Of a stretch of DNA of 64,000 nucleotides, positions 1-10,269 are shown piece after piece. Both the position numbers and the translations under genes were made by a program. The stretch comes from an uncultured Gammaproteobacteria bacterium (GTDB lineage: Bacteria; Pseudomonadota; Gammaproteobacteria; UBA9214). The notes beneath the pieces were generated by a model. The model was not told the origin of the DNA, did not search any database, and worked only from the letters and a program-made list of their open reading frames with translations. The stretch lies in contig CAWHCQ010000009.1 in assembly GCA_963827755.1 (NCBI GenBank), forward strand, positions 54,464 to 118,463. Direction: 5' to 3'. Numbering within the stretch: position 1 is the stretch's first letter; every line of letters starts with the position of its first letter.

Positions 1-1129
1 TATGTTCGACTGCGCGCCGGCTTTGCGAGTAGCTCCGCCAGACCTGCAGCTGGAGTGCGCCAAGCCCGAGGACGAACAGGACGAACACCGCAAGGCCGCC
101 GACCACGGGAATAATCTGCACCAGCAGGAGCGCCAGCAGCGCGAGCACAATGGAGAACACGCGCAGACCCTTGCCTGCGGTTTTCGCCTTGCCGGTGAGA
201 CGCAGGCCGGCGTCGCCCACGTAGATCACGCCGCTGAGGAATCCGCCGAGCAGGGACACCGAGTACCAGGCAAGCAGGGGCAACGCCACCAGCATGCCGA
301 TCACGCTGACCAACAGCAGCAGCACCACGAAGGGGGTGGCGAACAACACGGCAACGCCGATACCCAGCGCGGTAAGGGGTGATCGCCGCAGGCCATCGGC
401 GCCGGCCACGCTGAAGGCCGGGAACAGCAGGTAATAGACGCAGCCCGCCACTGCCAGCGCCACAAGGAAAACGAAACCCGCACCCCTGCCCTGCGGTTCC
501 TTGTAAAGCACAGGCCTGGCAATGATGTCGCCCTCGATCACGGCCCCGGCGGCAATGTGCGGTTTATTGTCGCTGCGGTAGACCAGGTTTCCCCTGAGCC
601 TGGCGCCAGGAAAAATGCGGATTTCTTCGGCCATGAGTTCCACGTCGCCCGCGACGTCGGCAGAGACCGTCACGGCCTGCGCCGCCACCTTGAGTTCCCC
701 GCCCACCTGGCCGGCCACGTTCACTTCCCGCCCCGCAAGCCACGCCCACCCGCCGATGGTCGCAGCCGGCGTGATGTTGACGGTCTCACCGGCGGCGACG
801 ACATGACCCGCGACCAATCCTGCGATGCTGACGGAGCGCCCGGCCGCGCGCACATCGTCGTCGACCCGTGCCCGGACCGTCACGGTCTCGCCGGCAACCA
901 GCACATCGCCGCCCACCGATTCATCGATCGTGACGCGATTCCCCGCCGCGACCACATCACCCTTCGCCTGTGCCATCACATCCACGCTGCGACCGGCAAC
1001 GTACAGGTCATCTTCTATCGTGCCGCGCTTGACCACCACCTCCCCGGTCTCCTGTGCAAACAACAGCGACCCGGTCGACAGTGCAATCAGCAGGCCAGGC
1101 AGTGTCCAGAATCTATGACGGTTTCGCAT
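1..1129 (-). CDS. Membrane protein with N-terminal polymer-forming (bactofilin-like) beta repeats; 3' end runs off the window
   Basis: Own translation from ATG 1129: MRNRHRFWTLPGLLIALS..DDLYVAGRSVDV..GDVVAAGNRVTI..GDVLVAGETV, then hydrophobic segments; absent from the ORF track because it has no stop in the window. Confidence 0.75.
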   Translation of the reverse strand, partial: MRNRHRFWTLPGLLIALSTGSLLFAQETGEVVVKRGTIEDDLYVAGRSVDVMAQAKGDVVAAGNRVTIDESVGGDVLVAGETVTVRARVDDDVRAAGRSVSIAGLVAGHVVAAGETVNITPAATIGGWAWLAGREVNVAGQVGGELKVAAQAVTVSADVAGDVELMAEEIRIFPGARLRGNLVYRSDNKPHIAAGAVIEGDIIARPVLYKEPQGRGAGFVFLVALAVAGCVYYLLFPAFSVAGADGLRRSPLTALGIGVAVLFATPFVVLLLLVSVIGMLVALPLLAWYSVSLLGGFLSGVIYVGDAGLRLTGKAKTAGKGLRVFSIVLALLALLLVQIIPVVGGLAVFVLFVLGLGALQLQVWRSYSQSRRAVEH

Positions 1130-1142
1130 CGCAGGGTGCGAC

Positions 1143-1553
1143 TTATTCCGGCACGCCCTGCCAGAGCATCTGGTAACCCAGTTCGTAGGTCTCGTCGCAG
1201 AATTCCGCCAGCGCCTGGAATTTCTCCTTGAATATGGTGTCGGCGTGCGATTTCTCGTGCTGTTCGAACGACTTCCAGAAAGTCACGATGGCCAGCTCGC
1301 CCTGCTTGATCTTCGCGGCGGTCTCGTTATCTTCCGGTGACTCGCCAACCGTACCCTCTTCGGAAACAAAACCGGAATACTTGTAGACCTGCCCTGCGAT
1401 GAAGCCGCCATTCTCGTCGCCATAGGTGTTTTTCACGACATTGCACATCTCGCCCAGAGCCAGCTCGACGTCTTCAACAGTGACACCGTCCTTCAGGTCA
1501 ACCACGTTGAACATCATCACGCAGCCGAAGGGTATTTCAATGGGTGCAAACAT
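1143..1553 (-). CDS. Conserved hypothetical protein, dimeric alpha-beta barrel (ABM-like)
   Basis: 136 aa, acidic, motif IVTFWKSFEQHEKSH; RBS GGAG upstream. Confidence 0.65.
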   Translation of the reverse strand: MFAPIEIPFGCVMMFNVVDLKDGVTVEDVELALGEMCNVVKNTYGDENGGFIAGQVYKYSGFVSEEGTVGESPEDNETAAKIKQGELAIVTFWKSFEQHEKSHADTIFKEKFQALAEFCDETYELGYQMLWQGVPE

Positions 1554-1602
1554 ATTCTTTCTCCGTTAGAGCCAAAAATCCAGGGGACAGTATACGCTAC
1601 CC

Positions 1603-1626
1603 TGTAGGAGCGGATCTCATCCGCGA
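1603..1626 (+). repeat. GTAG-type REP palindrome
   Basis: TGTAGGAGCGGATCTCATCCGCGA. Confidence 0.55.
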
Positions 1627-1648
1627 TCATGGCCTTGACCGATACGGA

Positions 1649-2362
1649 TTAACGCGGTGCACGCCAGGGAACAAGCATCGGCACGCGCGACTGGTATTCC
1701 CTGTACCTGTCACCGAGTGTTACCACCAGGTCGCGCTCTTCCAGCAGAGTGCCGGCAATAATCCACGCGCTCCAGAGCACGTTGAACAACAGGCGATCCG
1801 CCGTGAGGTCAGGCTGCGACCAGATCATCACAAGGATAAAGAAGTATTGCGGATGCCTGACCCATCGATAGGGGCCACGTTCGTCGAGGCAGGCCAGCGG
1901 CTCTGATGTGCCGCGCAGATGACAGCTGATCGCCCGCAAACCGAAGATATCGAATGAGCGCAGCGCCAGGTTGCTCCAGACAATTCCACCGATTGCAGCC
2001 ACGAACAGGACGCGCATTGCGAGGCGCACCGGGTCGTTCGCAGTTACCAGCACAGGCTCGGAGACCTGCCAGAGGAACACGACGCCATACAGGCATATTC
2101 CGGCGGCGATCGAGTAGGCGGCGCCGTGGTAGTACTCCGGGGCCAGGCTTGCAAACCACGCCTTGAACACGCGGCGAATCATGCCGCTGTGCTGGGCGAA
2201 GAAAACCGCTGAAAGACCCGCATCAAATACCAACACGGCTGTCGTCTGTTTACAGAAAACCAGCAGTTGCCACGGACCCGTGAAAAGAAAAACGGTAAAC
2301 GCAACCAGTGCGGTAATTCCAAACAGTGCAGAGAGCACCTGTGCAAGCCGGGGTCCGGACAT
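1649..2362 (-). CDS. Isoprenylcysteine carboxylmethyltransferase / MddA-like membrane methyltransferase
   Basis: TM helices; GPYRWVRHPQY, LEERDL, YREYQSRVPML motifs. Confidence 0.8.
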   Translation of the reverse strand: MSGPRLAQVLSALFGITALVAFTVFLFTGPWQLLVFCKQTTAVLVFDAGLSAVFFAQHSGMIRRVFKAWFASLAPEYYHGAAYSIAAGICLYGVVFLWQVSEPVLVTANDPVRLAMRVLFVAAIGGIVWSNLALRSFDIFGLRAISCHLRGTSEPLACLDERGPYRWVRHPQYFFILVMIWSQPDLTADRLLFNVLWSAWIIAGTLLEERDLVVTLGDRYREYQSRVPMLVPWRAPR

Positions 2363-2548
2363 GGATGGCCGGGATTCGCCGCCATCGCCGGACTGCCGTT
2401 CGCCTGAACTGTTCTTTTTAATGGGGCCGCACCTGCAGAAGTTGTTGTGGCAACCGGAAACCGGACCAATAAGCAGCGCGCCTGGCGTTTGTCAGCATCA
2501 CTTCACGCCCTCGACCGATACAGTCATCCGCCCCGTGTCCCCGCTATC

Positions 2549-3238
2549 CTACGCCCTGCGCAGGAACGCAAGCCAGCGTGCCAGGTTCAGCAGGCTGGCG
2601 AGCGAGCCGGCCACGTAGGTCAGGGCCGCTGCCCGCAGCACCCTGCGCACGGCCGCCTCGTCATCGGGCTGAATGTAGTGACCGGCGACGAGAATCGGTA
2701 ACGCCTTGTTGAAGCTGGCGTCGATCTCGACCGGGAGGGTAACCAGGTGCACCAGGGTGGCGCTGGCCATACTGCCCAGTCCGATGGCGGCCATGAGCAG
2801 GCCGGCCGATGGCGCACGGGTGATTGCCAGCGCAACCGGCAGCAGGAACATGGCACCGGCACCGAGCTGCTGGGTGGTCTGCGCCAGCCTGACCAGGCGA
2901 TGGCGCAGCGCAAGCTTTGGCTCGTTGCGCTGGTGCTGTATGGCATGGCCCACCTCGTGCGCAGCCACCGCCACGGCCGTCAGCGAGTTGTGATCGTAGT
3001 TGTCGGGACCCAGCCGTACTGCGCGCACTTCCGGATCATAGTGATCGCCGCCCGGTTGCGTTTTCTCCACCGGGACATCAGCCATCCCGAACTGGTCCAG
3101 CAAATGGCGTGCAAGCTCGCCGCCTGTTCCGGGAATCCGCGGCAGCACCCCGGCATAACGCCGGAAGGTGTAACGCGCCCACCACTGCGGACCGAATACC
3201 AGCAGCAACAGGAACAGGATGATAAGAATAATGTGCAT
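2549..3238 (-). CDS. Zinc metallopeptidase (YugP/Zn_peptidase_2 family)
   Basis: DHYDP, AVAAHEVGHAIQH, VTLPVEIDAS, AAALTYVA. Confidence 0.9.
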   Translation of the reverse strand: MHIILIILFLLLLVFGPQWWARYTFRRYAGVLPRIPGTGGELARHLLDQFGMADVPVEKTQPGGDHYDPEVRAVRLGPDNYDHNSLTAVAVAAHEVGHAIQHQRNEPKLALRHRLVRLAQTTQQLGAGAMFLLPVALAITRAPSAGLLMAAIGLGSMASATLVHLVTLPVEIDASFNKALPILVAGHYIQPDDEAAVRRVLRAAALTYVAGSLASLLNLARWLAFLRRA

Positions 3239-3353
3239 GGCTTATGACTGAATGAACTCTGCCTGATACGTCTTGAACATTGCAAATCAATCGCGTCTGA
3301 CTCTATTGACTTTGCGCCAGCGGACTGCGTCTGTATATCCTATAATTATAGCC

Positions 3354-3893
3354 ATGAAACGAAGCTGCCTGATCAGGCACGGATGGCTGCCGGCGGTGGC
3401 GTTGTGCTGCTGCCTGCCCTGCCTTGCGGCCACCGTTTACAGGACGGTGGATGCAAACGGCGTGGTCAGCTTTTCCAGCACCAAACCGGAAGGCGACGCC
3501 CCGGTGGAGACCCTGGTGATCGACACCCTGGCGCCACAACCCGGCGATGCAGAGCGGCAACGCCTGCAGGCCATGCGCGAGATCGCCGAGCGCATGGCCG
3601 CCGATCGCATGGCGCGCGAGAAACACCGCGCCGAACTTCGCCTGTTACAGGCACAGGCGCAACGCCGCTACCAGGCTCCGGAGCAACCCCTGCCGGACAA
3701 CACCCGCCATTACATCGGCTATCCATCAGGATACCCGCGCTATTACACCTACCCGGCACGACGACCCTGGAAACACGGGCACAGGCCATGGCCAGAGTAC
3801 CCGCCTGCATGGCCCTCGCCACATCGCCCACGGCAAGATCACCGCCCCGGATCCCCCTCTCGCCCCCTGGCAGCGATTAACCCGCAGCGCTGA
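3354..3893 (+). CDS. DUF4124 domain secreted protein
   Basis: Signal peptide then VYRTVDANGVVSFS; start moved to ATG 3354. Confidence 0.75.
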   Translation: MKRSCLIRHGWLPAVALCCCLPCLAATVYRTVDANGVVSFSSTKPEGDAPVETLVIDTLAPQPGDAERQRLQAMREIAERMAADRMAREKHRAELRLLQAQAQRRYQAPEQPLPDNTRHYIGYPSGYPRYYTYPARRPWKHGHRPWPEYPPAWPSPHRPRQDHRPGSPSRPLAAINPQR

Positions 3894-4195
3894 TACGCAA
3901 GGGCTGGCGCCCTGAAATCGGCACATCAAAGGGATCAGCCCCCTGTTGTCCTGGTCACCAACAAACAAATAGAACCTCCCCTCCCGCGCAGGGACGGCTG
4001 CATGGATGCAGGAGCAATTGCCGAAAGCACCAGGGAAAAACCCATGGAATCAGCATGTTAGCCTTATATTGCTCAACTCCCCAACCCTCGCCCTGCGGGA
4101 GAGAGTAAAGCCGCCGGGCTAACGCAGGCCTGAGCCCACTGATTTGAGGAAAATCAACAGCTACCGATACTAATAAGACAAACCCGGAGCTTGCC

Positions 4196-5029
4196 ATGAA
4201 CAAATTGACATCTTTTTTCGCCCTTGTTGCCGCCCTTGTTGCCGCCACGATGGCCATCAGCTTCGCGGAAAGTGCACACTCGGGCGAAACAACAGCCGAG
4301 GAACCGGCCGTGCCTGTCCAACAAACTCCCGCGCCCGCAAGCAGGGTTGTGCCGGGTGGCAATGCACAGGCCTGGCAGCAACCGCGCTACTGGCCTGTAC
4401 CTCAGCGGGGTTACCGTCAAGCGCCGCCTGGCTATCCACCGGCCGGACAATACCCGGCCTATCCTGCGGCGCCTGCGGTGGCCCCGGCAGCCCGGGTGAA
4501 CCCACTCAGTGCCGAACTGAAACAGATACAGGACCAATTGACCGCGAAAAGCCGCGAACTGGAAGAGGCCCGCAGCATGCTTGAGCAACTGCGCGGGGAC
4601 CTGCAGGACAGTCTTGCAGCTGAAGAAGCCCTCTCCGACAAGATCGCATACAGCACCCGCGAGCAAAATGCCTTGCGCATGCGCGTGACAGAACTGGTCA
4701 AGACACTGAACACGGCCAACGTCACAATGGAACAGCAGCACCAGCTCATCAACAACCACCAGGCAAGCAACCGGAATCTCACCGCGGAACGCGATCGTCT
4801 AAAGAGCGAACTCGCCAGCCGGAACGAACAACTCGCAGCACTACAGGCTGAACTGCAGGCGGCCACGCAGGCCCTCGCGCAGGCAAGGACCAGCGCCGGC
4901 ACCGCTGCCGAGGCACTCAGTGCAGCCATGACGCAGATCGGCACGCACATGGACGAACTGACCAGGCTTGAAGCCAAACTGCAGCAGCTGGAAACCCGCC
5001 TGCAGAACGACTGGAAATCAATCAAGTAA
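4196..5029 (+). CDS. Secreted coiled-coil protein with Pro/Tyr-rich linker
   Basis: Signal peptide, P/Y/Q-rich segment, long heptad pattern. Confidence 0.7.
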   Translation: MNKLTSFFALVAALVAATMAISFAESAHSGETTAEEPAVPVQQTPAPASRVVPGGNAQAWQQPRYWPVPQRGYRQAPPGYPPAGQYPAYPAAPAVAPAARVNPLSAELKQIQDQLTAKSRELEEARSMLEQLRGDLQDSLAAEEALSDKIAYSTREQNALRMRVTELVKTLNTANVTMEQQHQLINNHQASNRNLTAERDRLKSELASRNEQLAALQAELQAATQALAQARTSAGTAAEALSAAMTQIGTHMDELTRLEAKLQQLETRLQNDWKSIK

Positions 5030-5052
5030 AGCAGAATCGATCGGAATCGATC

Positions 5053-5076
5053 GGGTCAGACTCACTACTGTCCCAC
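5053..5076 (+). repeat. Family C half element
   Basis: GGGTCAGACTCACTACTGTCCCAC; related copies near 10009, 12023 (inverted), 15222 and 18047. Confidence 0.6.
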
Positions 5077-5170
5077 ATAATCATTACGAAAGATTATTGA
5101 ATGCTGCTATTCCGGTGATTACATTGTGTTGAGCGGTATGTGGACATGAAATTCCAAAACAATAATAAAC

Positions 5171-5256
5171 TCATACCCGCGAAGACGGGTATCCAGTAAG
5201 TCACTGATTAGCCGGGGCACAAAATTCCTGGATTCCCGTCTTCGCGGGAATGACGG
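5171..5256. repeat. Inverted pair of GTCAT-CCCGCG-type palindromes
   Basis: TCATACCCGCGAAGACGGGTATCCAG ... CTGGATTCCCGTCTTCGCGGGAATGACG. Confidence 0.7.
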
Positions 5257-5271
5257 CGTGGAGGCCGGGAC

Positions 5272-5454
5272 TCAGTCGTTACCGGATTCTCTGCCCAATG
5301 CGTTACCTATCGTGGCAGACATTGTAGCGATGACCAGAAAAACGATAAACCCGAAGCCTGCGTTGCCTTCATTGCCAAAACCGTTTCTCAGCATGAGATA
5401 TATGGCGAACAGATAGGCGCCACCTGCGATGTAGCCCAGAATTTTACGTATCAT
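5272..5454 (-). CDS. Small two-TM membrane protein
   Basis: 60 aa, two hydrophobic helices, GGAGG RBS. Confidence 0.6.
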   Translation of the reverse strand: MIRKILGYIAGGAYLFAIYLMLRNGFGNEGNAGFGFIVFLVIATMSATIGNALGRESGND

Positions 5455-5594
5455 GAAAAACCTCCCTGCCGGTAGAATTAGGAGATCTCATCAGCGCCTG
5501 TGCATGTACTGATAATCCCCGTCAGGCTGTATATCGGCAGAAAGCTGAATTTCTGAATAATGGTATCAGGGCATATTTTCTCCTTGCATTAGAG

Positions 5595-6548
5595 TTAGAT
5601 GCGCCCCGACACCGTATTCTCCCTGACTATCCATACGTCATCTATTCCGAGCTTTTCTTTAACCGGCACGGCCGCGGCCTTTGCCGCCCTTACCGTGGGG
5701 AAGCCCGTTACCTGCAAGCGCCAGTACGTCCTGCCCTTGACTTCAGCGCTATGGATTTCCACCGCAATATCCATGGATCGCGCCCTGGCGGCAGACAGTT
5801 CTATATTTCCCTTGTTTCGTGAAGACATGAGGTTTATCGCCCACGGGCCCTTTTTATCGGCGGTTGCCGGTTTGGCGGGCGTCTGTGCGGCTGTTTTCTT
5901 GCTGGCCATGGAAGCCCGTGTGACAGGTGTTTGGGGTGTCATTCCGACAGCGGTCTTGCCTGCAACTGCTTTTGGTCCTGAAGTCGGGCCCGCGCTGGTG
6001 GGCTGCAGCTGTGCAGCCCCGGCCCTGATCGTTGCTTCTGCAGCCGGCAGGACGTCAGTCCGGGTGCCTGCGACTGGCGTCGATTCCGGAATATTGGAAA
6101 GCCCGGCCACGGGCGTCTTCCCTGACGGCGGTTTAGCCGCCGCCGGCTTCAGGCTCTCAGGCCGCGCCGGGGAGTTGATCTGTCCGGGGCTGTCGCCGCC
6201 GGCTGCCGGTGTGCCCTGTACGGGCCTGCCGGGTAAGCGTTGGGGAATGCGCTGTCCAAGTTTCCTGTCCAGCGAGGCGATGGCATTGCCCAGTGCCGCC
6301 ATCCGCGCATTCAACGAGGTATACCTGCCCTCCAGCAGGGAGGCGTTGAATACCTGTTCCCGCATTTCGGAAAGCTCGGAGGCCTGCCTGTAGGTGAGTG
6401 ATTCCAGCTTGCTTAGCCGGTTGTTTACACCGGTCGTGAAGAGGTAAACGCCTGTGATGCAGATGGCAAGGACAATGATAAGGTATCCATAGTAGAAAGC
6501 CCGGTGGGAGCGCTTGTTACGGGGTGGCTGTGGTGCATTTGCCTGCAT
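5595..6548 (-). CDS. SPOR domain membrane-anchored protein
   Basis: Start MQANAPQ at 6548; TM, low-complexity linker, C-terminal WAINLMS..YWRLQVTGF..DVWI. Confidence 0.8.
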   Translation of the reverse strand: MQANAPQPPRNKRSHRAFYYGYLIIVLAICITGVYLFTTGVNNRLSKLESLTYRQASELSEMREQVFNASLLEGRYTSLNARMAALGNAIASLDRKLGQRIPQRLPGRPVQGTPAAGGDSPGQINSPARPESLKPAAAKPPSGKTPVAGLSNIPESTPVAGTRTDVLPAAEATIRAGAAQLQPTSAGPTSGPKAVAGKTAVGMTPQTPVTRASMASKKTAAQTPAKPATADKKGPWAINLMSSRNKGNIELSAARARSMDIAVEIHSAEVKGRTYWRLQVTGFPTVRAAKAAAVPVKEKLGIDDVWIVRENTVSGRI

Positions 6549-6624
6549 GGCTGCCTCGGTATCTGTAATGGGTTGTTGACAGCCTGAAATATACGATGAT
6601 TTTCGGAGTATAAGAAGCACAAAT

Positions 6625-6677
6625 GGTGTCGAAGCACATTTAACTCTGATATAAGAAGCAAATGTGCTCCGACATCC
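6625..6677. repeat. Family A palindromic element
   Basis: GGTGTCGAAGCACATTT..AAATGTGCTCCGACATCC, between divergent genes. Confidence 0.85.
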
Positions 6678-6690
6678 CTTATCCGGCCCA

Positions 6691-8568
6691 ATGAACACGC
6701 ACGCCAAAACCGCCGCTAGCGGGAATCTCCAGGCGATTCTCGACGAAATCAATGCCCTGCTGCAGGCCGCCAACGGCATCGATGAAACGCGCGCCAAGAA
6801 AGTGCGCAATGCCATCGAAACCCTGCGCAACACCGGCAACACGCTCGCTGCCGGGGAAGAACAGCCCGCCGATGGCCCGCCGGCCGATGACGACACCGCA
6901 GAAGACAAGGCGATGAATGCGCAAATCGATACCGCCCTGGAAGAGCTGCGCATGCGCGTACACAGGCAGGTGCAGCGCCGCAACCGCGACTATGAGAAAG
7001 CACAACAGCTGATGGATGAGGTAGAAACCGCGCTCAAGGCGAACGAACTGCAATCGGCGGAACGCGCCTATCACAAGACGATGTCCGTCATGGGGAATAT
7101 CCCGGGGCTGTCCGAACAGCGCTGGCAGGACATCGAAAAGCGGCTGAAGCGTGTCCGCCCGCAGCTGCGCAAGCTCGAGTCCTGGCGCCACTGGGGTACC
7201 ACACAGGCACGCCGGCAACTCATCGACCAGGTAAAGCAGCTGAAAGACGCCGGCCTGCCGCCGGAAAAACTCGCCGTGCAAATAAAGCAGGCACGCGAGC
7301 AATGGCAGGCCTGGAACAAATCCGGCGATCACTCGGGCAAAGGGCTGTGGAAGGAATTCGACAGCACTTGCGAGGAGGCCTACAAACCCTGCGCCGTGCA
7401 TTTTAAAAAGCTGAGGAAACTCCGCGCGGAAAACCTTGGCCAGCGCCAGGCCATTATTGATGATCTTGACGCGCGCTACGCGTCGACCGACTGGAAACAT
7501 CCCGACTGGCGCGACATCAACAAATACACCAGTCAGGCCCGCCGCAATTTCTACAAAATCGGTCATGTCGACAACAAGCATCGCAAGCCGCTTGCCAGGG
7601 CACTGGACGAGGCGCTTGAAAAATTTGAAGAGCACCTCGGCAGCGAACGCGAGCGCTCCCTGAGAATCCGGGAAAAGCTCATCACCGATATCGAGGCACT
7701 GGACGAAGTGGTCAACCTGCGCGACGCCCTCGAGCGGCTTGAAGCACTGAAAAAACAATGGACGGTCACGGTCACCGGCAAGCGCACGCTGGAAAACAAA
7801 CTGTGGGAGCGCTTGCAGGCGGCCTGCGACCGCACCTACCGGCGCCGCGATGCCGAACGCAAGCAACGGGATGCCGAATGCAATGCAAACCTGAAGCAAA
7901 AGCAGGCGCTGATCGAGGAACTGACCGGCGCCGCCGCAGCGGGCGACGCGGAATTGCTTGCCAACACCTCGATACTCGCGCGGACCAGGCAGCAGTGGGA
8001 AACCATCGGCCGGGTATCGCGCAAGGATGAACAAGGACTGGACAAGCGCTGGCGTGCGGCACAACAGCAATTCACTTGCGCCCGGCAGGCTGCGGAATCC
8101 ATGGCCCATGCCTCTGCGCTGGATAACCTCGCCAAACGCGCCGCCCTGTGTAGTCGGTGGGAGCAGGCTGTCCTGACCGGTAGCGCGATCCAGCCGGATG
8201 CTGTCGAGGCCGAGTGGGCCGCCCTGCCCGCGCTTGCCAGCGCCTATGCCGCGGCAATCCAGCAGCGCTTCAGCCAGGCCCTCAACCGTCCCGACGACAC
8301 GACACTGTCAAGCAACCATGCAGCGAAGAAAGCGGTCTGTCTCAAGCTGGAAGTCCTGCTGGAACTGGAATCACCGCAAGACTGCCAGGCCGAACGCATG
8401 GCCTACAAGGTCGAACGGCTCAATGCAGCAATGAAAAAGACACTCGACGCAGAGGACTCGCCCGAGGACCTGCTGCTGGCGGCACTGACCACCGGCGCCG
8501 TACCTGCCGAGGCCGCCGGGGCCATCGAAAGACGCATCGAGGACTGCCTGGCGCGTTTCAAGCCGTAA
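6691..8568 (+). CDS. DUF349 domain protein
   Basis: Repeated LWxxFxxACD / NLxQKQALI helical repeats. Confidence 0.8.
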   Translation: MNTHAKTAASGNLQAILDEINALLQAANGIDETRAKKVRNAIETLRNTGNTLAAGEEQPADGPPADDDTAEDKAMNAQIDTALEELRMRVHRQVQRRNRDYEKAQQLMDEVETALKANELQSAERAYHKTMSVMGNIPGLSEQRWQDIEKRLKRVRPQLRKLESWRHWGTTQARRQLIDQVKQLKDAGLPPEKLAVQIKQAREQWQAWNKSGDHSGKGLWKEFDSTCEEAYKPCAVHFKKLRKLRAENLGQRQAIIDDLDARYASTDWKHPDWRDINKYTSQARRNFYKIGHVDNKHRKPLARALDEALEKFEEHLGSERERSLRIREKLITDIEALDEVVNLRDALERLEALKKQWTVTVTGKRTLENKLWERLQAACDRTYRRRDAERKQRDAECNANLKQKQALIEELTGAAAAGDAELLANTSILARTRQQWETIGRVSRKDEQGLDKRWRAAQQQFTCARQAAESMAHASALDNLAKRAALCSRWEQAVLTGSAIQPDAVEAEWAALPALASAYAAAIQQRFSQALNRPDDTTLSSNHAAKKAVCLKLEVLLELESPQDCQAERMAYKVERLNAAMKKTLDAEDSPEDLLLAALTTGAVPAEAAGAIERRIEDCLARFKP

Positions 8569-8570
8569 AT

Positions 8571-8615
8571 GGTGTCAGCCTGTTTTCCGCTTATGTCGAA
8601 AAAGGGGCCGGAATT
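8571..8615. repeat. Adjacent A and B half elements
   Basis: GGTGTCAG right after the DUF349 stop, then AAAAGGGGCCGGA. Confidence 0.55.
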
Positions 8616-8699
8616 TCCTGACCATATCGGAAACAGACATAATATTCAGGCGCAGCGTCGCCCCCACCCGGAACCGGAAAACAGCCGAGGAAAATCCCC

Positions 8700-9947
8700 A
8701 TGACTGAAAACAGTTCAACGCACAGTCCCTCGCAGCAAGGCAATGATGCTGACCATATCAATGAAATGTTCGCGCTGGTCAAGCCGCACTCGCCGCTGAA
8801 TATCATCAATACCCTGCACGATGAACCCGATGACGTGTTCGCGCAGGTGCTCGACCGCCTGCCGCAATCCATGGCCATGCGGGTACTGCACCACCTGCCC
8901 GTGGCAAGAAGCACGGCCATCGTCAGCAGCTTCGATTTCGAAGCGGGCCGGCAATGGATGACCACCCGCCACTACCCGGAGGACAGCCTTGGCCGGCTGA
9001 TCTGCAAGCCGCACGGCGTATTCAGCCCGGAGACCACGGCAGCAGAGGCCATTCGCGAGATTCGTGCGCTGGTGACGCGCAGCATGATTACCTACGGCTA
9101 CGTGGTGGATGCCGGGCAGCGCCTGGTCGGCATACTGGTGATGCGCGACCTGATGCTGGCAAGGCCCGAACAGCCGCTCAGCGAGATCATGCTCGCGCAC
9201 CCGTTCTCGTTCAAGCCGGAAACACCCGTCAGTGACGCGATGCAGGCGATGGTTCGCCGTCATTACCCGACCTACCCGGTGTGCGATGAAGACGAGAAGC
9301 TCATCGGTGTCATCAACGGTGACGTGCTGTTCGGCGAGTACACCTTTCACCTCAGCGCACAGTCCGGCCAGATGGTCGGTGTTGAAAAGGAAGAACACCT
9401 GAATACGTCCTGGCCACGCAGCCTGCGGCTGCGGCACCCCTGGCTGCAGCTGAACCTGTTCACCGCGTTTGTCGCGGCCTTTGTCGTCGGCCTGTTCGAG
9501 GACACCATCCAGCAGGTGGTACTGCTTGCCGTGTTCCTGCCGGTGCTGGCCGGCCAGTCCGGCAACACCGGCTGCCAGTCGCTGGCCGTCACCCTGAGGG
9601 GCATCACCCTCGGTGAATACAAGGCCGGCTTCGGCAGCATCATGATGAAAAAGGAAACCCTGCTCGGCATCCTCAACGGCGCGCTGGTCGGGGTCACCGC
9701 CGGCATCGGCATGTTCCTGTACGCCATGATGAGCAACAACCCGGATGCCCTGCTGCTGGCATTGGTCGTGTTCCTGGCGATGGTCGGCAGTTGTACGGTC
9801 AGCAGCGTTGCCGGCGTGCTGGTGCCGATTACCCTGCAACGCCTCGGCGTCGATCCTGCAACCTCGTCGAGCATCTTCCTGACGACATGGACGGACGTCG
9901 CCAGCATGGGCATGTTTCTCTGGCTGGCAACCGTCATGGTCCTGTAA
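8700..9947 (+). CDS. mgtE: Magnesium transporter MgtE
   Basis: CBS pair; RHPWLQLNL, SGNTGCQS, GVDPA..TTWTDV. Confidence 0.9.
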   Translation: MTENSSTHSPSQQGNDADHINEMFALVKPHSPLNIINTLHDEPDDVFAQVLDRLPQSMAMRVLHHLPVARSTAIVSSFDFEAGRQWMTTRHYPEDSLGRLICKPHGVFSPETTAAEAIREIRALVTRSMITYGYVVDAGQRLVGILVMRDLMLARPEQPLSEIMLAHPFSFKPETPVSDAMQAMVRRHYPTYPVCDEDEKLIGVINGDVLFGEYTFHLSAQSGQMVGVEKEEHLNTSWPRSLRLRHPWLQLNLFTAFVAAFVVGLFEDTIQQVVLLAVFLPVLAGQSGNTGCQSLAVTLRGITLGEYKAGFGSIMMKKETLLGILNGALVGVTAGIGMFLYAMMSNNPDALLLALVVFLAMVGSCTVSSVAGVLVPITLQRLGVDPATSSSIFLTTWTDVASMGMFLWLATVMVL

Positions 9948-10005
9948 TCTTCCCTGCAACCCGATAGCAGACAGCCGCAAGGTCCATGCATCATAGGGAG
10001 TAAAT

Positions 10006-10245
10006 GGTGTCAGACTCACTGTTGTCCTTGCCGCTCAACCTGTAGGAGCGAGCGCCAGCTCGCGAAGGGTTCGCCTGTTCGCCGGTTCGCCAACCTGTAG
10101 GAGCGAGCGCCAGCTCGCGAAGGGTTCGCCTGTTGGATTCGCCTGTTCGCCGGTTCGCCAGCTTGCGCTGGCTCCTACAGTGATTCGTGATTTGTGATTT
10201 GTGAATTGTGAATTGTGATCAACAGGGTCAGATTCCTTTGATCCG
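10006..10245. repeat. Composite: A/C half, three GTAGGAGC REPs, GTGAWTY heptamer run, C half
   Basis: TGTAGGAGCGAGCGCCAGCTCGCGA at 10041 and 10096, inverted copy ending 10179; heptamers 10180-10221; AGGGTCAGATTCCTTTGATC. Confidence 0.8.
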
Positions 10246-10269
10246 CGCCGATAAAATCCGCCCGAAACC

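Noticed and set aside
557-1231. Plus-strand 224-aa ORF and 2-382
   Set aside because: Shadows of the real minus-strand gene starting at 1129.
3975-4110. CCCTC..GGGAGAG-type repeat remnants
   Set aside because: Too degenerate to delimit.
6679-10019. Long minus-strand ORFs 6679-8109 and 8715-10019
   Set aside because: Antisense shadows of DUF349 and mgtE.
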